DNA of 64,000 nucleotides from Candidatus Hydrogenedentota bacterium (lineage in GTDB: Bacteria; Hydrogenedentota; Hydrogenedentia; Hydrogenedentales; SLHB01), in contig JBPOJD010000017.1 in assembly GCA_052033955.1 (NCBI GenBank), positions 70,636 through 134,635 on the forward strand. The letters run 5' to 3'. The position numbers were made by a program, and so were the translations under genes. Shown in pieces: positions 56,677 to 64,000 of the stretch; within the stretch, counting starts at the first letter, position 1, and each line of letters begins with the position of its first letter. The notes beneath the pieces were generated by a model, which did not search any database, was not told the DNA's origin, and saw only the letters and a program-made list of their open reading frames with translations.

Positions 56677-57666
56677 TTACTCTTCTTCGTCCCTGAAGAG
56701 GGCTTTGATTTGCACGGCGCTCTGCTCGCCACGCCGGCCGGGTTGCGCCAGGAAACGCTTGATGCCGCCGACTTCGACCGCGATGGGATTGGCGGCGTCG
56801 GCGTCCAGTTGCACGATGTCGCCTACCTGGAGCTTTGCCACGTCGCCCAAGGGCAGAACGGCCGCGCCCAGCACCATGTCCACGGGGACATGTACGCGGC
56901 GCACGGCCTTGGTGATAACGGCCCGGATGGCGCGCGCCTGCTCGGGCGTGCCCCGGCGAACATAATGGGCCTGCTGGCTGATCTGGTCCAGGATGGGATT
57001 GAGCACGACGAGCGGGATGCACATGTTCATGGAGCCGACGGCCTCGCCGAGGTACACCTCGTACCCCACGAGGATCACCATCTCGCTGCCCGGAACAATC
57101 TGCACGATGAGGGGGTCGCTTTCCTGCGCCTCGACCCGCATGTCGAATTCGATGAGCTGTTCCCACGAGCGTTTCAGGCAGTTCAGGATGATCAGGATCA
57201 GCCGCTGCACGATCCGCTCTTCGATTTCCGTCAATTCGCGCGGTTCGGCCAGCGTCCTGCCTTTGCCGCCCAGGACGCGGTCCACGATCGGGAACACGAC
57301 CGAAGGCGAAAGCTCGAGCACGGCGGTGCCGTCGAGCGGCGACATGTTGATGATGCTGAGCGCCGTGGGCCGCGCTACGGACAGCACGAACTCGTCATAG
57401 GTGAGCTGATCGACCGAGGTGAGGTCCACGCGCACGACGGTGCGCAGAAAGGGGGGCAGGGCGATGCTGACCTCGCGGGCGAAGGCTTCGAAGAGGCTCT
57501 GGAGCCCTTTGAGCTGCTCCTTGGATACGCGCTCCGGACGCCGGAAGTCATAGGTGCTCAGGTGCGGCGCGTCGATGGTGGCGGGCTCGCCGTCGGCGAC
57601 GACCTCCCCCTCCGACACCGCGCTGAGCAGCAGATCTACCTCATCCTGACTCAGAATATCGGCCAT
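56677..57666 (-). CDS. fliM: Flagellar motor switch protein FliM
   Basis: 329 aa. MADILSQDEVDLLLSAV is the canonical CheY-P-binding N-terminus. The middle CheC-like domain and C-terminal SpoA-like domain are present. Confidence 0.9.
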   Translation of the reverse strand: MADILSQDEVDLLLSAVSEGEVVADGEPATIDAPHLSTYDFRRPERVSKEQLKGLQSLFEAFAREVSIALPPFLRTVVRVDLTSVDQLTYDEFVLSVARPTALSIINMSPLDGTAVLELSPSVVFPIVDRVLGGKGRTLAEPRELTEIEERIVQRLILIILNCLKRSWEQLIEFDMRVEAQESDPLIVQIVPGSEMVILVGYEVYLGEAVGSMNMCIPLVVLNPILDQISQQAHYVRRGTPEQARAIRAVITKAVRRVHVPVDMVLGAAVLPLGDVAKLQVGDIVQLDADAANPIAVEVGGIKRFLAQPGRRGEQSAVQIKALFRDEEE

Positions 57667-57717
57667 GTATCCCTCACGGAAATCCAGACGTTCCCGGTAG
57701 TTAGCCTATCACAGCGG

Positions 57718-57746
57718 AGTATAGCACAGGGCATGGGGCCGCGCAA
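57718..57746 (-). promoter_or_regulatory. Candidate sigma70-type promoter with an extended -10 (TTGCGC-17 nt-TGcTATACT) about 50 nt upstream of fliM
   Basis: Minus-strand reading gives ttgcgcggccccatgccctgtgcTATACT, about 50 nt upstream of the fliM ATG. Confidence 0.3.
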
Positions 57747-57857
57747 CCCGGACTGACGGCCTAACCCTTTTTGTTCCATGGACATACAGGATGGCCCGTC
57801 GTCCCTGCGCGAGGACGACGCGGCGGGCGGCAACGCTGTCCGGCCCTCGCCATGGCG

Positions 57858-60800
57858 TCAGGCCTCCGGGCGGAGCTGCTCGGCGTTGGTCGCGAATGGT
57901 CTGCCCTCGACTAGCACCTCGTGCATGGCCCGGGCCAGGATTTGGCGGCTATAGGGCTTCTGCAGGAAGCCCCGCAGTCCCAGCGCCCGTGCGCGGTCGG
58001 CATCGAGATCCTCACTGTAGCCGGTCGCGATAATGACCGGCAATTCAGGCCGCTGCGCGAGGATGTGGTTGGCCAGCGCGATGCCGGTCAGTCTGGGCAT
58101 GGTCTGGTCGGTCACCACGGCATCCCAGGCGTGGGGGGTCCGCTTGAACACCCGGAGCGCTTCGGCGCTGGAGGTGCATGCCCGGACCCGGTAGCCAAGA
58201 TGTTCGAGGACGTGCCGGTTCATCTGGAGCACCCCGGGTTCATCGTCGACGACCAGCACGCGCTGTCCCCGCCCGAGCGGGACCGTGCGGTCCTCGTCAT
58301 TGTGCTCCGGCTGCCCGGGCGCCACCCGCGGGAGCAGCACCTCGAAGGTGGATCCCTTTTCGGGCGCGCTCTGTACCGTGATGGCGCCTTCGAGGGCGGT
58401 TACGATTCCATGCACGACGGCGAGGCCCAGCCCTGTGCCTTTTCCCTGCTCCTTGGTGGTGAAGAAGGGATCGAAGATCCGCTCGATGGTGTCCTCGTCC
58501 ATGCCGTGCCCGGTGTCGGAGACCACGAGGCGCACGTAGTCGCCTTCGCGCAGTTCCGGATGGAGCCTTGCGCGCTGTCCCCGAAGCGTGACGTCTTCCA
58601 CCGTCACCTGGAGGCAGCCGCCGTCCGGCTGCATGGCATGGTAGGCGTTCGTGGTCAGGTTCATGATGACTTGATGAATCTGTGACGGATCGGCCAGCAC
58701 GGTGCCCGCGGGCGATGCGATCCGTGTGACAAACTCCACGGTGGTCGGGATGGAGGCCCGCATGAGTGTGAGCGCCTCTTTCACGACCAGTCCCACCTGG
58801 ACCGGGCGCCGTTGCGCTTCGACGTGCCGGCTGAACGTGAGCATCTGCTCGACCAGGCCGCGGGCACGCTCCACCGCTCCAATCACTTCACCCAGATTGC
58901 GGGCGCCGGCACTGTCCTCGGGCAGGCCGTCGCGCACGAGTTCGCTGAAGCCGAGGATGACCGCGAGGATGTTGTTGAAATCGTGCGCGATGCCCCCGGC
59001 CAGCGTGCCGATGGCCTCGAGTTTCTGCGATTGCCGAAGCTGGCGCTCGAGCCGCATCTCGTTGGTCACGTCGCGGTTGACGGAGACGTAATGGGTGATG
59101 TTCCCATCGGCGGCCCGGACGGGCGATATCGTCGACTCGAGCTCGATGGGTGTTCCGTCGCGGCGTTTGTTGATGAGGTGTCCCCGCCACACCTGGCCGG
59201 CCCGCAAGGCGCTCCACAGGTCCTCGTACAGTTGAGGCTCGTGGTGGCCACTCTTGATAAGCGAGGGGGTGTTGCCGATGGCCTCGTCGCGTCCATAGCC
59301 GGTGAGCTGTTCGAAGGCGGGATTGACGTACTGGATTATCCCGTCGATATTCGTGATGAAGATCGCCTCGCCGGCCTGGTCCACCGCCTGCGCGAGCCGC
59401 AGCCGCTCGGCCTCGACCCGATGCCGGTCGGTCACGTCAATACCGGTCGCGATGACGTGCTCGACCTCGCCCGCGCTGTCGGTGAGCACCGTGTTGGACC
59501 ACGCAACCACCGCGAACTCGCCGGTGGACGTGTGCCACGAGCTTTCGAAATTGCTGTAGGGCCGTCCCGCCAGCAGCAAGGCCACCTGTTCGCGCACCAG
59601 TTCGCGTTCCTCGGGCGCGTCGAAGAGGTCCCACAGGCATTTGCCCCGCACGGCCTGCTGATCAAAGCGCGTCCGCTGCTGGAAGTGACGGTTGAACCGT
59701 TCGACGCGGCCCTGCCTGTCGAGCACGGCCACCATGGCGCCGGCGGTGTCGAAGACGGCGGATATGAAGTCATGCTCGCGCTTGAGTGCCCGCTGGAACA
59801 GCGTGCGTTCCGTCACGTCGCGCACGATGCACATCAACGCCCTCTCGTCCTCGAGTACGATATCGTGAATGCTGAGGTCGGCCACAAAGGTGGTGCTGTC
59901 GCTCCGGATGAGGGTCACTTCCTCGGAGCGTTCCTCGACGGGAAGGTTCCGGTTCAGCGGACATGACGTCCCCAACGGCATGAGCTGCGCCAGCGTCAAG
60001 GCCCGGAGTTCATCGGGGCGGTACCCGGTCATGGCGCAGAATGCGCGGTTGGCCAGAAAGAACTGGCCGGTCTGGTGCAGAAGAACGATTCCTTCCCCCG
60101 ACTGTTCGGTGATGGTGCGGAACAGGGTCTCGCTGCGTTCGAGGGCCTGGGCGGATCGCGTGCGCTCCTCGTTGATTAGGGCCTGGGCGGCCATGTCGGC
60201 AAACTCGGCCGCGATGGCGGTCTCGTCGGTGGCCCACTGCCTTGGCTGATCCTGTTGTTCGAGCAGCAGCAGGCCCCGGATCTGGCCGGCGTATCGCACG
60301 GCTGCGGCCAGCACGGAGGTTGCCGGGGCGCCCTGCGCAATCAGGGCGCAGAAGGTCTGGACGCGGCGGTCTTCACCGGCGTTGGTCGCGGCCACCACGC
60401 GCTCGAGTTCGATGGCCTCAAAGAACTCCGGGCATTGCTCGAAAATGACCGTCGGGCCGCGCGGATGGCGTCCGCTGCTGGTACGCGCGTCGACGCATGT
60501 GAGCGTTCGTCCATCGGCCGCCGCGATCCACAGGCTCGTCCTGCCCGGGCAAAGCGTGACGAAAGCGGCCTCGAGCACGGCATCGAAGGCGTCCGGCAGA
60601 ATGCCGCCGGCAATGTCCGGATCGGTGGCCAGTTCGAGAATGGCACGCTGTTGGCGCTGCTGGCGCTCGAGCAAGGCGGCGTGCTGCTGTTCGGCCGCGC
60701 GCTGTCCGGTGACGTCGCGCCCGAGGCAGATCGCCCAGGATCCCTCTCCCATCTCGCCCAGCAAGGGGCGCAGGTCCCACGCGATGATCTTCTGGGCGCC

Positions 60801-61823
60801 TGACCGGGTGCGCAGCGGCGTTTCGATGGTGTACAGCGGCGTGCGGCGGTGCGCGACCTCGGTCAGCACGGCCAGGTACTCCTTGCGTAGGTCCGGGTCG
60901 GGCCACAGGTGTTCCCACAGCCAGTTCCCGTCGGCAGCCTCCTCGGGCGTGTAGCCCAGGATCTCCTCGGCGCCGCGGTTCCACACCAGGCACGAGCCGG
61001 TCTCATGGGAACACGCGAGGATAATGTTCGGGTCCTGAAGGAGCGTGTCAAAGAAGAAGTTCAGCCGACGGAGCTCCTGCGCGGACCGATGGGCCTCCGA
61101 CGTATCCGACCACGTAACGAGGCACCCGTCAGGCATGCCGTTGGGGTCGCTCAGGGGCCGTGCCCGGAGGCGCCACGAGACCTGAGCGCCTTCGGTCAAG
61201 GCCACCACGACGTCGCCCTCGGCGAAGTCGCCACCCTCGGCGACTTGCCGTGCGAGTTGTTTGATCAGCGCCACCACACTCCCGGGGAGGGGCGTTTGCT
61301 CCAGGGGGCCACGCAGGCGTTCCACTGGAAGCCCGGTGAGTGCCGCCAAGGCCGCGTTGGCCCGCGCAATGCCGCCGGACATGTTGATTTGCATCATCGG
61401 TTCGGGGCTGCCGTGGAAGATCGGCTCGGGCGCCGCGTGAATCCGGCGCAGCGCCCGGGCAACGACGTGTTGCGCCCGCCAGGTGTCTGCGGGAAGTACG
61501 AGGATTTCGTCGTAGGCGGTCCACGCAGCGTCGTCGTTGGGCGGAGGGCTTGAGCAGAGCAGGCAGAGGGTCCAGTGTGGCGGGTGCTCAAAGTAAGCGG
61601 TGTCTGTCCCGCGGCCCAGGTCGGCCTCATCCAGACACACGGCGGCGACAAGGCCAACACGGTCTTGTGCGAGGACGTCCGCCAAGGTGGCTGCCATGTG
61701 GAGTGATGCGCCCGCCGCCCGGACGGACGGCGCCAAAACGTCGGCCCACCGAGCCGCGCCGCCGACGAGCAGCACGCGGGGCGTGGTTCCCAGAGGGGCA
61801 TCCAGGGCAGCTTGTTGCTTCAT
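57858..61823 (-). CDS. Multidomain hybrid sensor histidine kinase: degenerate N-terminal receiver-like domain, multiple PAS/GAF modules, HisKA, HATPase_c and a C-terminal receiver
   Basis: 1321 aa. H-box [15 protein letters not shown]; N/G boxes ([43 protein letters not shown]); C-terminal REC ([24 protein letters not shown]...[12 protein letters not shown]...KPY). Several PAS-like repeats (e.g. [39 protein letters not shown]). Confidence 0.9.
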   Translation of the reverse strand: MKQQAALDAPLGTTPRVLLVGGAARWADVLAPSVRAAGASLHMAATLADVLAQDRVGLVAAVCLDEADLGRGTDTAYFEHPPHWTLCLLCSSPPPNDDAAWTAYDEILVLPADTWRAQHVVARALRRIHAAPEPIFHGSPEPMMQINMSGGIARANAALAALTGLPVERLRGPLEQTPLPGSVVALIKQLARQVAEGGDFAEGDVVVALTEGAQVSWRLRARPLSDPNGMPDGCLVTWSDTSEAHRSAQELRRLNFFFDTLLQDPNIILACSHETGSCLVWNRGAEEILGYTPEEAADGNWLWEHLWPDPDLRKEYLAVLTEVAHRRTPLYTIETPLRTRSGAQKIIAWDLRPLLGEMGEGSWAICLGRDVTGQRAAEQQHAALLERQQRQQRAILELATDPDIAGGILPDAFDAVLEAAFVTLCPGRTSLWIAAADGRTLTCVDARTSSGRHPRGPTVIFEQCPEFFEAIELERVVAATNAGEDRRVQTFCALIAQGAPATSVLAAAVRYAGQIRGLLLLEQQDQPRQWATDETAIAAEFADMAAQALINEERTRSAQALERSETLFRTITEQSGEGIVLLHQTGQFFLANRAFCAMTGYRPDELRALTLAQLMPLGTSCPLNRNLPVEERSEEVTLIRSDSTTFVADLSIHDIVLEDERALMCIVRDVTERTLFQRALKREHDFISAVFDTAGAMVAVLDRQGRVERFNRHFQQRTRFDQQAVRGKCLWDLFDAPEERELVREQVALLLAGRPYSNFESSWHTSTGEFAVVAWSNTVLTDSAGEVEHVIATGIDVTDRHRVEAERLRLAQAVDQAGEAIFITNIDGIIQYVNPAFEQLTGYGRDEAIGNTPSLIKSGHHEPQLYEDLWSALRAGQVWRGHLINKRRDGTPIELESTISPVRAADGNITHYVSVNRDVTNEMRLERQLRQSQKLEAIGTLAGGIAHDFNNILAVILGFSELVRDGLPEDSAGARNLGEVIGAVERARGLVEQMLTFSRHVEAQRRPVQVGLVVKEALTLMRASIPTTVEFVTRIASPAGTVLADPSQIHQVIMNLTTNAYHAMQPDGGCLQVTVEDVTLRGQRARLHPELREGDYVRLVVSDTGHGMDEDTIERIFDPFFTTKEQGKGTGLGLAVVHGIVTALEGAITVQSAPEKGSTFEVLLPRVAPGQPEHNDEDRTVPLGRGQRVLVVDDEPGVLQMNRHVLEHLGYRVRACTSSAEALRVFKRTPHAWDAVVTDQTMPRLTGIALANHILAQRPELPVIIATGYSEDLDADRARALGLRGFLQKPYSRQILARAMHEVLVEGRPFATNAEQLRPEA

Positions 61824-61980
61824 GGTGCTGTGGGATCCTGACCAAGATTGGGTAGATTGTACCAGAATTTCCCGAATCAGGTATCCAATATTTGCTTTTT
61901 ACGGAAAATGCGATAGTATTTTAGTGGGCACAGTGGTGGTAGTCAACGGCCCATCCTTGAGCGGCTTCCGGCCGCGTTTT

Positions 61981-62035
61981 GTGCTTGCACCACAAAATAT
62001 AGGGTCTGCTTTGCGTGCTTGCATAGATATAGGGT
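61981..62035. promoter_or_regulatory. Direct repeats GTGCTTGCA-N7-ATATAGGGT and GTGCTTGCA-N3-ATATAGGGT in an AT-rich divergent intergenic region (61824-62120)
   Basis: Read directly: the repeats span 61981-62005 and 62015-62035. The surrounding 300 bp is about 45% GC versus about 65% for the window, and separates divergently transcribed genes (the kinase on the minus strand, the rSAM-like gene on the plus strand). Confidence 0.4.
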
Positions 62036-62120
62036 TAATGATAAGATAAACGCGCTTATATGGTAGGCGTGTCGCGAGTGGCGGCCACATTTTGTATTTG
62101 TTCCCGACGAAGGAGCGGAC

Positions 62121-63791
62121 ATGACGACCCATTGCGCCGTGCTCTACATACCCGGCTGGCCGATGGAGATTGCGACATTTCAGCCGAAGGCGGCGTTGGC
62201 CGGGCTTGCGGGCGAGCTCCGGACGCACGGTCATACCTGCGCCCTGCATGATTTCGGGACCCCCCGTTTTCTTCGCGAGACCATCTCGCCGGAGCTTGTC
62301 GGGGACCTGCAGACCCAGTTGTGGTGTCTGGACCACGGTGCGGAGGATACGGCCAGCCTGCCGGCCGCGTGGCAGCTTCGCAAGCTCGACGTGCGTCTGG
62401 CGGCGGCGCTTCAGCAGGCGTGCGAGCGAGTCGCCCGCGAGGTGGCTGCGGATGCGCAGGAGAGCGTGGTACTGTTCATCGAGCGGCCGGGTGATCTGGC
62501 CATGGCGGTGGCCACGGCACAAGCCCTGCGGGTTCGCGCGCCACGGGCACGGGTGGTCGGCTGGGGGCCGTCGTTGGCCCCGCTGGCCGACGCCATAGTC
62601 GCCGAGACCGGGAGTTTCGACTGTTTTGCCACGGGCAGTGCGTCCGATGTGGTGGAGTTGCTCGCGAGCCCCCAGCAGCGTGACACGTGGGCGCTGGTGC
62701 CGGGGCTCGTGTTCCGCGATGGCCGTCGCGTGCGGGGAACCACGCCAGCGGCGCGCGGGCACGCGGCGACGCCCGGCGGCGGGTTTTCGCTGGACAACTA
62801 CCCTGCAATGGCCGGTGGCGACAAGCTCAACCTGATCACGATCGACCTCGCGTCCAGCCACGGATGGGAACGCGCGGGCGGCGCACCGGAGCCGGAGATC
62901 ATGGCCCGGCATGCCGGGTCCTTGACCGAGGAAGTGCGCCGTGTGGTCGCCGAGACGGGGGTGACGCAGTTCCACTTCGAGGGGGCCGAGGCGCCGTGCG
63001 GCGGGATGGAGGCGCTGGCCCACACACTGTTGAACCGTGGACTAACTATCCGCTATAGTCATACGGCTCGCGTGGAGAGCGCGGACCCGGCAACATTTTA
63101 CCTGTTGTGGGCGTCGGGGTGTCGAGCCGTCGATTTTCGCGTTGATACGGGCAGTCAGCTCCTGTTGGACCGGGTGTACAGGCGATCTGTTGGGGTCACC
63201 CGGGTCGAACAGGTGCTCCGGAACTGCCGTGGGGCGGGGATCACAACCGTTGTGGGCCTCACGTACCCGTGTCCGTTCGATGACTACAACACCCGCGCGG
63301 AGACCGTGCGCCTGATCGGGCGCGCGCAACCGGACGGGGTCCATGTGGCACTGCCGGAACCGCTGCCTGGCTCGGCCTGGTTCGCCGATCCAACCGCCTT
63401 TGGCTTTTCACGCTGCTCCGCGGGCGCGGTGGTGCGCCGGTGGCTGTCCGCGCAGGCCGCCCCGGCCTCGTCGGCCCTGCTGCCCACGGCGCCGGGCCGC
63501 GAGCGGCGCCACGCGCGCCGGACGGCTGCGGACCGTGGCGTTCTCCAGCGCGAGCTGCAGGAGCTGAAGGTGGCGGTGCCGCTGGACGGGCGCTTGGCCC
63601 TCATGGCCCAGTCCTTGGGATACGCGGGCCGCGAGCGCGATCTGGCCATCGCGATGCGCCATGCCTTGCTGTCCGGTGACGCGGCGGTGCTGACGGGCTT
63701 CGTCGAACGCTTCAACAGCGCGACGATGCAGCCGGCAGCGGCGGGGCCGGGCCCCCTGAGGCGGCTCCAGGACCTGGCCGTGGGAGAATGA
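62121..63791 (+). CDS. B12-binding-domain / radical-SAM-like protein lacking the canonical CxxxCxxC [4Fe-4S] motif
   Basis: 556 aa. N-terminus VLYIPGWPMEIATFQP...ALHDFGTP fits a B12-binding-like Rossmann region. The core has a rSAM-like layout (LNLITIDLASSHGWE where CxxxCxxC is expected; FHFEGAE where the GGE motif is expected; LWASGCRAVDFRVDTGSQLLLDRVYRRSVGVTRVEQVLRNCRGAGITTVVGLTYPCP is TIM-barrel-like), but the three cluster cysteines are absent. Confidence 0.45.
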   Translation: MTTHCAVLYIPGWPMEIATFQPKAALAGLAGELRTHGHTCALHDFGTPRFLRETISPELVGDLQTQLWCLDHGAEDTASLPAAWQLRKLDVRLAAALQQACERVAREVAADAQESVVLFIERPGDLAMAVATAQALRVRAPRARVVGWGPSLAPLADAIVAETGSFDCFATGSASDVVELLASPQQRDTWALVPGLVFRDGRRVRGTTPAARGHAATPGGGFSLDNYPAMAGGDKLNLITIDLASSHGWERAGGAPEPEIMARHAGSLTEEVRRVVAETGVTQFHFEGAEAPCGGMEALAHTLLNRGLTIRYSHTARVESADPATFYLLWASGCRAVDFRVDTGSQLLLDRVYRRSVGVTRVEQVLRNCRGAGITTVVGLTYPCPFDDYNTRAETVRLIGRAQPDGVHVALPEPLPGSAWFADPTAFGFSRCSAGAVVRRWLSAQAAPASSALLPTAPGRERRHARRTAADRGVLQRELQELKVAVPLDGRLALMAQSLGYAGRERDLAIAMRHALLSGDAAVLTGFVERFNSATMQPAAAGPGPLRRLQDLAVGE

Positions 63792-63941
63792 CGCGACTAT
63801 CCCCACCGCGTGCCAGGGCGCATCGCTGAGGGCGCGCCCGAGGCGGTTTTGATGGCGGCGCCGGCGAGCGGCTCGCCATTGTGGGACGTAGAACGGTGAG
63901 CGCCGTCTGGGCCGACGTGCTGCGACAGTAACGCATGGGGT

Positions 63942-64000
63942 GTGCGCGTACATGGATAGTCAGCGTATCGTGATAACCGGTTTGGGCGTTCTGGCGTGCA
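63942..64000 (+). CDS. Beta-ketoacyl-ACP synthase (FabF/FabB-like) N-terminus, partial at the window edge
   Basis: ATG at 63942 gives MDSQRIVITGLGVLAC, the characteristic KAS-I/II N-terminal strand (RRVVITGLG...). Only 19 codons are visible. Confidence 0.45.

Noticed and set aside
58812-59966. 384-aa plus-strand ORF and other 100-250-aa ORFs across 57921-61855
   Set aside because: Antisense to or out of frame with the hybrid histidine kinase, which carries H-, N-, G-box and receiver motifs in one continuous frame.

Overview
This window is high-GC (about 65% by eye), gene-dense bacterial chromosome. Nearly every interval is accounted for by about 47 protein-coding genes, with short intergenic spacers. 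I found no rRNA, tRNA, CRISPR array, IS element, phage or integrase signature.

The content is mostly core housekeeping:
- polA (partial), lpxA, a Gfo/Idh/MocA oxidoreductase and lpxB
- mpl
- rpoB and rpoC, with a near-consensus sigma70 promoter and a terminator hairpin
- a SurA-like PPIase, eno and ftsB
- a phoH / 7TM-HD / ybeY / two corC paralogs / DUF502 operon
- an rng, rodA, mrdA, mreD, mreC, mreB cell-shape operon
- a tandem HtrA pair, a phosphohexomutase and a 2-hydroxyacid dehydrogenase
- a compact flagellar switch/regulatory module (fliM, CheC-FliN fusion, fliA, a FliK-like protein and a standalone FlhB-C-terminal-like protein) downstream of a 1321-aa hybrid PAS/GAF histidine kinase

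A DUF1559 (H-X9-DG) prepilin-type protein points to the Planctomycetes/Verrucomicrobia/Lentisphaerae/Kiritimatiellae (PVC) group.

The most unusual items are:
- a radical-SAM-like protein with a B12-binding-like N-terminus but no CxxxCxxC cluster motif, sitting before a KAS (FabF-like) gene start
- apparently catalytically degenerate paralogs of HtrA and of an M28 peptidase
- a Gfo/Idh/MocA (GnnA-like) gene embedded between lpxA and lpxB
- a DHQS/G1PDH-like dehydrogenase translationally coupled to a Pro-rich secreted protein

Several AT-rich intergenic islands carry direct or palindromic repeats.

All calls rest on reading the six-frame translations against remembered family motifs; no database search was run.
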